A DNA stretch of 64,000 nt from Candidatus Latescibacterota bacterium (lineage in GTDB: Bacteria; Latescibacterota; UBA2968; GCA-2709665), in NCBI GenBank assembly GCA_965248435.1, contig OZ252100.1:224001-288000 (forward strand), written 5' to 3'. The notes below the pieces were generated by a model that was given only the letters and a program-made list of their open reading frames with translations, ran no database searches and was not told the origin of the DNA. This document shows, piece by piece, positions 1 to 7,899 of the stretch (positions are counted from its first letter, which is position 1; every line of letters starts with the position of its first letter). The position numbers were made by a program, and so were the translations under genes.

Positions 1-691
1 GCGTGTCTCGGGCCCCGAGTCCGGCCGGGAGCACACCGTGCGTCTCACCAGCCCCCAGGATCGTGTCCCAGAGTTTGGCAACATGCTCGGGTGCGATAAA
101 AATCTCGAACCCGTTCTCCCCGGTATACCCGGACGCGGCGATCAAGGTAGGATATCCTGCTACCTCGCCAGAAGCCACCTGATGAAAGCGAAGTTTAGTC
201 AGATCGATACTGGTGAGCCCTGAAAGGACAGGTTCAGCCTTGGGTCCCTGAAAGGCCAGTAGGGCATAGTCATCGCAGCGATTGCGCACTTCCACGTGCT
301 CAAAATCACCACCAATACCAGAAATTTGGTCCCAGTCCTTCTGAATATTTGCCGCGTTTCCAACAACGAGATATCTCTGCTCTTCGACTCGGTAGACCAT
401 GATATCATCGATGGTGCCGCCTTGCTCGTTCAACAGCATCGAATACTGCAGGTCGCCCAAGCTCAGCCTCCTAACATCATTTGTCGCAATATATTGGATG
501 AAATCTTCGGCACCAGTCCCACGGACCTCAAACTCTCCCATGTGACTGACATCGAACAGCCCGGCGGCTGAACGAACGGCACGGTGCTCCTCTGAGAGGC
601 CACAATACTGCAAGGGCATCTCCCAACCGGCAAAATCCACCATCTTTGCATTCAGAGATCGATGTGTTTCGAATAGGGGAGTCCGGGCCAT
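1..691 (-). CDS. gcvT: Glycine cleavage system aminomethyltransferase T (5' part; runs off window start)
   Basis: Manual translation of the minus strand from ATG 691: MARTPLFETHRSLNAKMVDFAGWEMPLQY...GYTGENGFEIF...AGLGARDT. Confidence 0.93.
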   Translation of the reverse strand, partial: MARTPLFETHRSLNAKMVDFAGWEMPLQYCGLSEEHRAVRSAAGLFDVSHMGEFEVRGTGAEDFIQYIATNDVRRLSLGDLQYSMLLNEQGGTIDDIMVYRVEEQRYLVVGNAANIQKDWDQISGIGGDFEHVEVRNRCDDYALLAFQGPKAEPVLSGLTSIDLTKLRFHQVASGEVAGYPTLIAASGYTGENGFEIFIAPEHVAKLWDTILGAGETHGVLPAGLGARDT

Positions 692-895
692 TAGTACCTC
701 AAAAAAGGGTTTTAGTTGGAGCATTTCGCTGGCTAATAATAGCATTGGAATGCCCAGGATCCATCCAAAAACTGTGGTGCCATCATAGTTTCTTCGCTGG
801 AATTTCTATGGTTGCGAACAGGAAAAGGTTGACTTTTATAATAATTATATAAATATTATAGTAATAAAGCGGATCTTCAGAACCAGGAGGCAAGA

Positions 896-1564
896 ATGAA
901 TTTACGAAGGAACGAAGCCGAAACTTCCAGCTTGAACATCCCCCAGGCGGCAAAAGTGCTTAAAGTAACGGACAAAACGATAAGAAACTACATAGATCGC
1001 GGATTCCTCCGGGCAGAGAAGTGGAACGGTTCCTGGAGAATCGAGAAGGGGACTCTACTGGAACTATACTGGAAAAAATATGGTAATACGATGGAATCAT
1101 CGTCTCTCGAGAGAAATTATGTCCAGGTTCCACTCGGCGAATACGATTGGCTCCAACGGCAGTCCGGTCAGCTTGAGGCCTCAGAGCGCCTTGTGGAAGG
1201 GCTGAAGGCGGATTTGGAGCGCTCCCTGAGCAAAGTCACGGAGTTGGAAGCATCTTCGGCTTCGGGTTGGACAGAGGCCCGTACCCAGCGTGAGGAAAAG
1301 GGAGTCCTCGAAAAGGAGCTGAAGACCGTTCGACGCCGTGAACGGCAGGTGAGTCTAAAGCTACTTGCAAGCTCTGACAAACTGGTGACGATTCGAGCCG
1401 CAGAGCAGGAAGCTCGGAATGAGATTAAGGAGCTCGAGGACGAGAATAGGGAGATGAAAAGGCGGATTGAAACGCAGGAGGGGGAACTGAAGCGGTACGG
1501 TGAAAGGTTAAGGACGAGGAGAAACAGACAAAGGAGGATGTCGAGATTGGGAGATTACTCTTAA
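896..1564 (+). CDS. MerR/excisionase-like HTH protein with long C-terminal coiled coil
   Basis: N-term LNIPQAAKVLKVTDKTIRNYIDRGFLRAEK; E/K/R-rich heptads; AGGAGG RBS. Confidence 0.75.
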   Translation: MNLRRNEAETSSLNIPQAAKVLKVTDKTIRNYIDRGFLRAEKWNGSWRIEKGTLLELYWKKYGNTMESSSLERNYVQVPLGEYDWLQRQSGQLEASERLVEGLKADLERSLSKVTELEASSASGWTEARTQREEKGVLEKELKTVRRRERQVSLKLLASSDKLVTIRAAEQEARNEIKELEDENREMKRRIETQEGELKRYGERLRTRRNRQRRMSRLGDYS

Positions 1565-1954
1565 GGGGGCACAGCAGCATTGAGGGGGCCTGCGGGTCCT
1601 CTTGAGGGGATTCTTCTCGCGAAGATGCCGCAAAATCAACGATGTCCGCGTCTTCAATGTAGGGAGTTGTCGCAACGCGCCGGATCTCTTTCATCTTAAG
1701 GAGGATGTCGGTGATCCTGTGCCCAGCCTCTACAATGTCTGGAGCCGCTCCCGTTCAGACCCATTCGGGTTTGACTTCGCCAGAAGGATGTCCGCCATTT
1801 CCATGATTACTGTCAGCGGCTGGTTGATTTCATGGGCGGCCGCACCGGCCGTTTGGGTCAGCACCCGCAATTTCTGAACCTCGTGGTGTGCCTCTTCAGC
1901 CTGTTTGATTTGTGAGATGTCCTCGGCGATCCCGGCGATATGTCTGAATCTCAC
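1560..1954 (-). pseudogene. Remnant or frameshifted PAC-HisKA fragment
   Basis: GIAEDISQIKQAEE...AAAHEINQPLTVI (H-box) continues after a 1-nt shift at ~1735 as IVEAGHRITDILLKMKEIRRVATTPY..IVDF; N-terminus absent; end approximate. Confidence 0.6.
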
Positions 1955-2100
1955 AAGTTTACATAATGTATCTTATACTCCCTTTCAAGATGTGCCGCCA
2001 CGGGGCCGAATAAACCCCAACATCTTGTGTGCCAGAAATATAGACCAACGCCGTTTTTAAGTCAAGCACGTTTCCGTAACCGCGCCCGAATCAACCAGCG

Positions 2101-2340
2101 TTACGCGAGCTCCTCCAGCGAGGTTTCCGTCGGGGCGGTGGCTTTCGGTTTCGCTGCTGGGGTTCCGGGAATCGGAGAGCTTTCTTCCCACGTCGGATTA
2201 TCGCGGAGAAAACTCTGTGCTGACATACGGTACACTGTTCCATCGTCACAGACAACGATTGTCCACCCGTGTTGGTCCGTAGCGAGCCCGACTGGCTTTC
2301 TCATTTTGCCTCCTCCTATGGGTAGGATGACACTACGCAA
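2101..2340 (-). CDS. Small hypothetical protein (likely start ATG ~2304)
   Basis: ORF with AGGAGG upstream of MRKPVGLATDQHGWTIVVCDDGTVY...WEESSPIPGT. Confidence 0.5.
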   Translation of the reverse strand: MRSVILPIGGGKMRKPVGLATDQHGWTIVVCDDGTVYRMSAQSFLRDNPTWEESSPIPGTPAAKPKATAPTETSLEELA

Positions 2341-2373
2341 AAAAATTGTGGTTGGTTCGGTGCCGAGTGCTTT

Positions 2374-2598
2374 TTATCTCTTGGGTAGGTGGACGATGTC
2401 GCCCACGATGAGAAACCTTTCACCTTTCTGAAAATCAAGACTCATAGTAGGCTTCAGTTCAGCTCCCCTCGCCCAAATGTGGATACCGGCTTCGCCGCCA
2501 TCGCATTGGTATGTTACTCCGGGGTTTCCTTCACCGAAGCACTGTTCGAAGCTACCATTTGTCTGAATCCTCTCGCACCTAATGATTTCATGGTTCAC
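2374..2598 (-). CDS. Small hypothetical protein
   Basis: 74-aa ORF with AAAGGAG RBS before GTG. Confidence 0.45.
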   Translation of the reverse strand: MNHEIIRCERIQTNGSFEQCFGEGNPGVTYQCDGGEAGIHIWARGAELKPTMSLDFQKGERFLIVGDIVHLPKR

Positions 2599-2617
2599 AG
2601 CAGACTCCTTTCAGGGT

Positions 2618-2653
2618 AAAAGAAAAGGAGGGCCCTCTACTTGAGGGCCCTCC
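2618..2653 (-). terminator. Intrinsic terminator, minus strand
   Basis: GGAGGGCCCTC-aagta-GAGGGCCCTCC followed by TTTTCTTTT on the minus strand. Confidence 0.75.
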
Positions 2654-3144
2654 CAACCTCAGTTGCTTAGAATGTAGGTCGAATCCCCATCCCCGTCAAG
2701 GGGCTAGATTCACCCGGTATTCCCCTGCTTTTCCGTGAACTCACCTATGCCTGCGAGGTTGAACCTTGACAAGGATGGCCTCCTGTTCTAGATTCGTTTC
2801 AGAACGTCTGTGATGCCCCCAGGGATAACGACCCGGGGTCCCAGCTTGCGATAAAGACGTAACGGAGTAGCCGTACACTCCCGCCAGCGGGAATGCAGAC
2901 GACCGGGTTGCCACTGCATTTGGCGGCTTAAGAGTCTGCCGACCGAAGGGACCTGGGCAACCTTGATGGGGATTCGTCGAACGCGGCTGAGTAGAGAGGC
3001 CGCCCGATGAACGATCGGACAGGACCCAAGGCAACTCTACGGTTTGGGCTTGCTCGATGCTCTGAACCTACGGCCGTAGGTGTCAGGGCGAAATTGGACC
3101 TCCGAATGCTTTCAAATGGTTCGGGACCGGTCCCGAACTTAATC

Positions 3145-3249
3145 ATGGGAATTATCACAATGATTAGGTTCGAAATCCGGGTCAAGGTGAAGGGAAACTC
3201 AGTCGTCAAGTTGCTATTGGCGATTACAGCAGCCCTCTCGTTGGCCTAA
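3145..3249 (+). CDS. Candidate 29-34 aa hydrophobic peptide (type I toxin-like)
   Basis: (MGIIT)MIRFEIRVKVKGNSVVKLLLAITAALSLA*; stop lies 6 nt before the terminator; no clear SD. Confidence 0.35.
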   Translation: MGIITMIRFEIRVKVKGNSVVKLLLAITAALSLA

Positions 3250-3255
3250 AATGCC

Positions 3256-3293
3256 GGACGGCTGATCGTGCAGATCGGCCGTCCCTTTCTTTG
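3256..3293 (+). terminator. Intrinsic terminator, plus strand
   Basis: GGACGGCTGATC-gtgca-GATCGGCCGTCC-CTTTCTTTG. Confidence 0.7.
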
Positions 3294-3345
3294 TTCCCTA
3301 CTCGGTTTCCCTTGATCTGAGCAGCTCATTGCGCAGTGTCCCCTA

Positions 3346-4020
3346 CTACAATGAGAGCATTTCCAATTCCAGTTTGGCTGTCCTTGCGTGCGACGTGTTT
3401 GAGTAGGTCTTTGTGATTCTCTTCAGAAGAAGGGCCTGTTTCTCCAAATCTCCGGCCAACCCGGAACACCTGGCAGCGTGCCTGAGGGCCAGCGGCGCAT
3501 AGGGCGAAGATTGATATGCATCCGCATAGGCGACGTAACTGGTAATCGCACCTGAGTAATCTTCCCGTTCCTCAAGGCAGGCGGCCACACCTGAAGTAGC
3601 CCCATATCCCAACGCGCCCCCATCGCCATAGGCGGCCAGGTATGTTTCATAGGCGGCCTGTGCCTCGGGAAATCGACCCAGTTCGAAGTAAAGATTTCCG
3701 AGTATGATCGTGGCGTGACCAGCCTCGGGGTTTCCTTTGTATTCAGCCGCGATGCTCTCTGCCTGCAGGATCGCCTCCCCCGTCTTTCCCTGATAGAGCG
3801 CGATCCGGACTTCACCGAACGCATCTATGACTTCATTCGCCTGTGTTTCAGATCGCTGTTGGAACAACGTAGCAATCAGGATGATGACCAGAACCGCCGC
3901 AGCGACCGCCAGGAGTTTAACATACTCCTTTTGGATGTAGCCCCAGATCTTCAGGGCCCAGATCAAGAATTCATCCTGTTTGATCTCTTTTCTGGTCAGT
4001 CGCTTTCTTGCTCTTTGCAT
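3346..4020 (-). CDS. Membrane-anchored TPR protein (YfgM-like)
   Basis: RKRLTRKEIKQDEF N-term, single TM helix, TPR repeats (LGNLYFELGRFPEAQAAYE). Confidence 0.8.
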   Translation of the reverse strand: MQRARKRLTRKEIKQDEFLIWALKIWGYIQKEYVKLLAVAAAVLVIILIATLFQQRSETQANEVIDAFGEVRIALYQGKTGEAILQAESIAAEYKGNPEAGHATIILGNLYFELGRFPEAQAAYETYLAAYGDGGALGYGATSGVAACLEEREDYSGAITSYVAYADAYQSSPYAPLALRHAARCSGLAGDLEKQALLLKRITKTYSNTSHARTAKLELEMLSL

Positions 4021-4169
4021 TTGTGTTGGCCCCTGATCATTGTGTGGCTTCCGCTAGAAGCGTTTATTTTTGTGCTAGTTAGGCTCAATATAGAAAAAAC
4101 CGACAGGGGTGGCAAGGTAAAACAGCCACGGGAAAAGAGTTTCTCTACTTGACGCCTTTCTGGGATAGA

Positions 4170-4203
4170 AAAACCCCCGGGCCATTCGGATAGCCCGGGG
4201 GGA
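4170..4203 (-). terminator. Terminator downstream of flagellin 1
   Basis: CCCCCGGGC...GCCCGGGGG stem with A-run on + (U-run on -). Confidence 0.65.
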
Positions 4204-4230
4204 AGCGACCAGCGGTCTTTGGAAAAGATG

Positions 4231-5427
4231 CTACTGAAGCAGTGTGAGCGCGTTCTGCGGGACTGCGTTTGCCTGCGCAAGCAATGCCGTGCTGGACTGC
4301 ACGAGAATTTGATTGCGTGTGAAATCTGAGACCTCTTCCGCGACATCCGTGTCCCGGATGATAGACTCAGAGGCCTGCATGTTCTCGATAGACACGTTGT
4401 TGTTTGCGATCGTGTGTTCAAGTCTGTTTTGCTGGGCCCCGAGGTCTCCCCTCGTCCGGGAGACGATGTCAATCGACAGGTCCAGTGCGGAAATGGCGGC
4501 GCGGGCCCCAAGCAATGTGCTTAAAGATTGACCACTCAGATTCAACGTTGTGCCGCTCGCACTCAGGTCGTTGATATTGAGCTCTACCCGATCTACGACC
4601 TGGGCGTCCGGGCCGACCTGGATACTCCCCCCGACACCTTGATCCACGACGAGTACGCGCCCGTCCAGGTCTCCGTCCCGGTAGCCGTCCGATGCCGGGT
4701 TTGCGCCGGCGGCGGCTCTTCGACCAGACAAGACCAGCTGAATTCCAAGCCTGTCGAAATTCGCGACAACCGACGAACCGGACGCAACCACCCCACCCAG
4801 CGCGTCATTATCCAGCGCCGTCCCGATGTCTATGGTTTGAGAGGCGATCCCGTTGCCGAGTGTAATTTCATTGTCCGCGGTACTGGAGTCGATGAAAACG
4901 TAGGTTCCGGCCTCTGCCGCGGTCAGATTGACATCGACAACCCCGGTTGTTGTAGACGCGGTCGCGCTAGAGACGTCAACATCTTTATTGACCGTGTTTC
5001 CAAAGCCTTTCAATATGGTGTTGTCATTGTAGCTCGTGGAACTCGCGATCCTGTCGATCTCCGTGACCAGCTGAACGAATTCCGCATTGATGGCGTCCCG
5101 GTTGTTGTCATTGACCGTCGAGGACGCAGACTGCACAGCCAGTGTCCGCATCCTGATCAGCATGTCGCTGACTTCGTTCAGCGCCCCCTCAGCCGTCTGG
5201 ATCAGGTTGGACCCCTGCTCTGCGTTCCGGGTCCCCTGGACCAGCCCGCCGATTTGTGCGCGGAAGCCCTCAGATACGGTGAGCCCGGAGGGGTCATCTG
5301 CACCGCGGTTGATACGAAGACCAGAAGATAGCCTCTCTAGATTCGTTCCCAGCCCACGGCTGTTGATACCGAGGTGTCGCTGGGAATTCATGGCCATAAT
5401 GTTGTGGTTTACGATCAACGCCGACAT
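4231..5427 (-). CDS. fliC: Flagellin (paralog 1)
   Basis: LERLSSGLRINRGADDPSGL...QTAEGAL N-term; RGDLGAQQNRL...IRDTDVAEE...LLAQAN C-term; AAGGAGG RBS. Confidence 0.96.
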   Translation of the reverse strand: MSALIVNHNIMAMNSQRHLGINSRGLGTNLERLSSGLRINRGADDPSGLTVSEGFRAQIGGLVQGTRNAEQGSNLIQTAEGALNEVSDMLIRMRTLAVQSASSTVNDNNRDAINAEFVQLVTEIDRIASSTSYNDNTILKGFGNTVNKDVDVSSATASTTTGVVDVNLTAAEAGTYVFIDSSTADNEITLGNGIASQTIDIGTALDNDALGGVVASGSSVVANFDRLGIQLVLSGRRAAAGANPASDGYRDGDLDGRVLVVDQGVGGSIQVGPDAQVVDRVELNINDLSASGTTLNLSGQSLSTLLGARAAISALDLSIDIVSRTRGDLGAQQNRLEHTIANNNVSIENMQASESIIRDTDVAEEVSDFTRNQILVQSSTALLAQANAVPQNALTLLQ

Positions 5428-5520
5428 GCCCAACCTCCTTGTGGGGGGCCTTAGACTACCAGTGTGTGCATCCGTGCTCAGGTCGTCAGTGTATCAAGTG
5501 ATACCAGTTCGTTTGTTTTA

Positions 5521-5548
5521 CTATCGGTCTATCCCTCTTAGTCCTTTA
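5521..5548 (-). promoter_or_regulatory. Sigma28 (FliA)-type promoter of flagellin 1
   Basis: TAAA-N16-ACCGATAG vs consensus TAAA-N15-GCCGATAA. Confidence 0.65.
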
Positions 5549-5637
5549 GCAGAATTTTACTTTACGTCGGAGCTTGAATTGGCTACTCTTTTGGTATAGT
5601 CCTCGAATCTCCAAATTTATGATGGATCTAATATAAT

Positions 5638-6768
5638 ATGGCCGATTCAATGGATTTGCCGCTTGCAAAGGGAGCCTCCTTAGAAGAGATTCTGGATGAG
5701 TTCACCATAGAATCAGCCTCCGGGGATCTCTGGGCGGGCCTCTCTGGGGACCGGATCAAGTGCTACGCCTGCGGTCATCGATGCAACATACCCCCGGGAC
5801 GCAGGGGAATCTGCAAGGTTCGTTTCAACCGGGATGGCAAATTGCGGGTCCCGTGGGGATATGTTGGCGGTTTCCAATGTGACCCAACGGAGAAAAAGCC
5901 CTTTTTCCACGTCCATCCAGGGTCTAACACTTTGACTTTTGGTATGTTAGGCTGTGATCTGCACTGTTCTTATTGCCAGAATTGGCTGACTTCGCAGGCG
6001 CTCAGGGATTCCGCTGCCGTCTCTGCCCCACGTGAAATCTCTGCAGAAACGCTGATTTCAAAGGGGGTCCGGCTTGACCCCGTAATGGTGGCCAGCTCCT
6101 ACAACGAGCCGTTGATCACATCCGAATGGGCGGTTGAGGTCTTCAGGCACGCAAGAACGGCAGGCATCAAAACGGCCTTCGTGTCGAATGGAAACGCCAC
6201 GCCCGAGGTCCTGGACTACCTCAGACCCTGGACCGATTGCTACAAAATCGACCTCAAGACGATGTCGGATCGCAACTACAGAAAGCTGGGCGGTGTTCTT
6301 AAGAACGTGCTGGACACGATCAAGATGGTTTATGAGCGAGGGTTTTGGATGGAGATCGTAACCCTCCTCGTACCGGATTGGAACAGCTCTGAAGCGGAAT
6401 TGCGAGACGCGGCGCAGTTTCTCGGATCGATTTCTCCGGAGATTCCCTGGCACGTCACCGCCTTTCATAAGGATTACAAGATGACGGAGCCGGATAATGC
6501 ATCAGCCAAACTCCTTGTCCGGGCGGCCGAAATCGGGAAGGAGGCCGGTCTCAGCTATGTCTATGCGGGCAACCTTCCAGGGCAGGTTGGGGCATTTGAG
6601 AACACCTGGTGTCCGGGTTGCGATGGGCTTCTCGTCCAGCGAACCGGATTTTCGGTCGGACAGGTCAGGATCGGGGAGGATGGGTGCTGCCCGGACTGCG
6701 GCCGAATCACACCTGGGTTCTGGGGCAGGGTTGAGCGGAAGGGAGACGGATCTGTAAGGGCGCTTTGA
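5638..6768 (+). CDS. amrS: AmmeMemoRadiSam system radical SAM enzyme
   Basis: C..C.H.C.I..G..G.C.VR.N, DP.EKKP.FH, GCDLHCSYCQNW, PWHVTAFH, YVYAGN. Confidence 0.88.
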   Translation: MADSMDLPLAKGASLEEILDEFTIESASGDLWAGLSGDRIKCYACGHRCNIPPGRRGICKVRFNRDGKLRVPWGYVGGFQCDPTEKKPFFHVHPGSNTLTFGMLGCDLHCSYCQNWLTSQALRDSAAVSAPREISAETLISKGVRLDPVMVASSYNEPLITSEWAVEVFRHARTAGIKTAFVSNGNATPEVLDYLRPWTDCYKIDLKTMSDRNYRKLGGVLKNVLDTIKMVYERGFWMEIVTLLVPDWNSSEAELRDAAQFLGSISPEIPWHVTAFHKDYKMTEPDNASAKLLVRAAEIGKEAGLSYVYAGNLPGQVGAFENTWCPGCDGLLVQRTGFSVGQVRIGEDGCCPDCGRITPGFWGRVERKGDGSVRAL

Positions 6769-6794
6769 GCCAACACCTTCCATATAAAGAATAA

Positions 6795-6838
6795 GGAAGG
6801 GGGCCTCATCATCACCAAGAGGCCCCCTTCCCTTTTTC
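6795..6838. terminator. Terminator between convergent genes
   Basis: GGAAGGGGGCCTC...GAGGCCCCCTTCC-CTTTTT. Confidence 0.7.
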
Positions 6839-6854
6839 CTGAGATGTTTCTTCT

Positions 6855-7697
6855 TTAGCCTGCAGATGTTTCATTCAATGCGTCGACCGCTCCCTGCAAG
6901 AAATCGTGTGCCTGAACGGCGAGTTCGTCGATTTCCTCTTCGCCCCTGGACTGGGTCCCATGAAGCCTTTCGACCATCACGGGACCTGAAAATCGGTTCA
7001 TTTTGAGAAGCCGGAGGATTCTGACGAAATCAACGCTCCCCTGGCCTGGAACAGGGAAGTCTTCCTCCCCCTTCTGGCCACGATGATCGGTGGCACACAG
7101 GGCCCCGAGATGTGGAAGCACGTGAAGGATGTCCACTTCGGGGCTCAGACCCTGTAAGAACCGCACCGTTCCTGGGTCATAGCAGGATTCCATCCAGCGA
7201 GAACCGACCTTGCTCAGCGTAGCCCTCAGAACGGGTCCGTGCGCCGTGTTCCCGGTGTGAGATTTGAGCAAGATCTTGACATTGTTCTCCTCCGCATAGG
7301 GAAGAATTTGAGACATCCGGCTAAGGAATTGTGCCTCCAGGGAGGCTGCTTCCTCCGGATCACTCTCTGTCGGGGTCCCATCCGTCAACAAAAGCCCAAT
7401 TTCCAGCAGCTGGGCCTGATCTATCCTTTTCTTGAAGTCTTCTACGCCTGTCTCCCCTGTCCAGTTCGCATACAAGATGACGGGCTTGAGCGAAAGGGCG
7501 TCCAGCTTGATCTGGATCTCCCTGGCGCCGTCCTGGCCTCCCCCCAAGGACTGAAACTCGTCCCCTTCGTTGCTAGAACCCAGACCCACGTATTCGAAGC
7601 CGGCTGACTTGATCCCATCAAGGGCGCGGTCGATCCCGAACGAAGCCCAGGGCGAGGTAAAACAACCGATTTTCCAATCCATCTCAAATGTTCCCAC
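6855..7697 (-). CDS. Sugar phosphate isomerase/epimerase (xylose isomerase-like TIM barrel)
   Basis: AGFEYVGL, YDPG, PGQGSVDFVRILRLL..FSGPVMVE. Confidence 0.8.
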   Translation of the reverse strand: MGTFEMDWKIGCFTSPWASFGIDRALDGIKSAGFEYVGLGSSNEGDEFQSLGGGQDGAREIQIKLDALSLKPVILYANWTGETGVEDFKKRIDQAQLLEIGLLLTDGTPTESDPEEAASLEAQFLSRMSQILPYAEENNVKILLKSHTGNTAHGPVLRATLSKVGSRWMESCYDPGTVRFLQGLSPEVDILHVLPHLGALCATDHRGQKGEEDFPVPGQGSVDFVRILRLLKMNRFSGPVMVERLHGTQSRGEEEIDELAVQAHDFLQGAVDALNETSAG

Positions 7698-7791
7698 CTG
7701 AAAGGTGTCGTACTCTCAACAGAAGTGACGAAGTATAATCCGCCCGGGGGTAATTGTCAAGGAGCGCTTGGCAGAATTTTCGAGATAGTGT

Positions 7792-7819
7792 TCAAGAATC
7801 GCTCAAGCGCCGCCGATAT
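7792..7819 (+). promoter_or_regulatory. Sigma28-type promoter of flagellin 2
   Basis: TCAA-N16-GCCGATAT. Confidence 0.65.
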
Positions 7820-7899
7820 ACCTCGTATGCCCGGTAAACACCCGGATGTGGGAGTCCGGGTTAAGATCGGGAACACCACTTACTTGCCAGTTGTGACAC

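Larger units (their letters stand above)
2680..3293 (+). ncRNA. Candidate large structured RNA, or long structured leader of a small-peptide mRNA
   Basis: TAGAAT -10 at 2668-2673; perfect 12-bp long-range helix 2680-2691/2965-2976; about 10 further nested stems with G-U pairs on +; terminator 3256-3293. Confidence 0.55.

Noticed and set aside
692-830. Glycine riboswitch upstream of gcvT
   Set aside because: No tandem GGAGA..CCGAAG..CTCTCAGG aptamer motifs visible.
2741-3209. Minus-strand ORFs 2741-3034 and 2928-3209
   Set aside because: No RBS or recognisable motifs; the region is better explained by RNA structure.
2680-3293. Identification as RNase P RNA, tmRNA, group II intron or OLE
   Set aside because: No GAGGAAAGUCC, no tRNA-like ends and no domain V. 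Short motifs resembling my recollection of OLE (CTGAACCTA..GCCGTA, AAGGGAAAC) occur in the wrong order.
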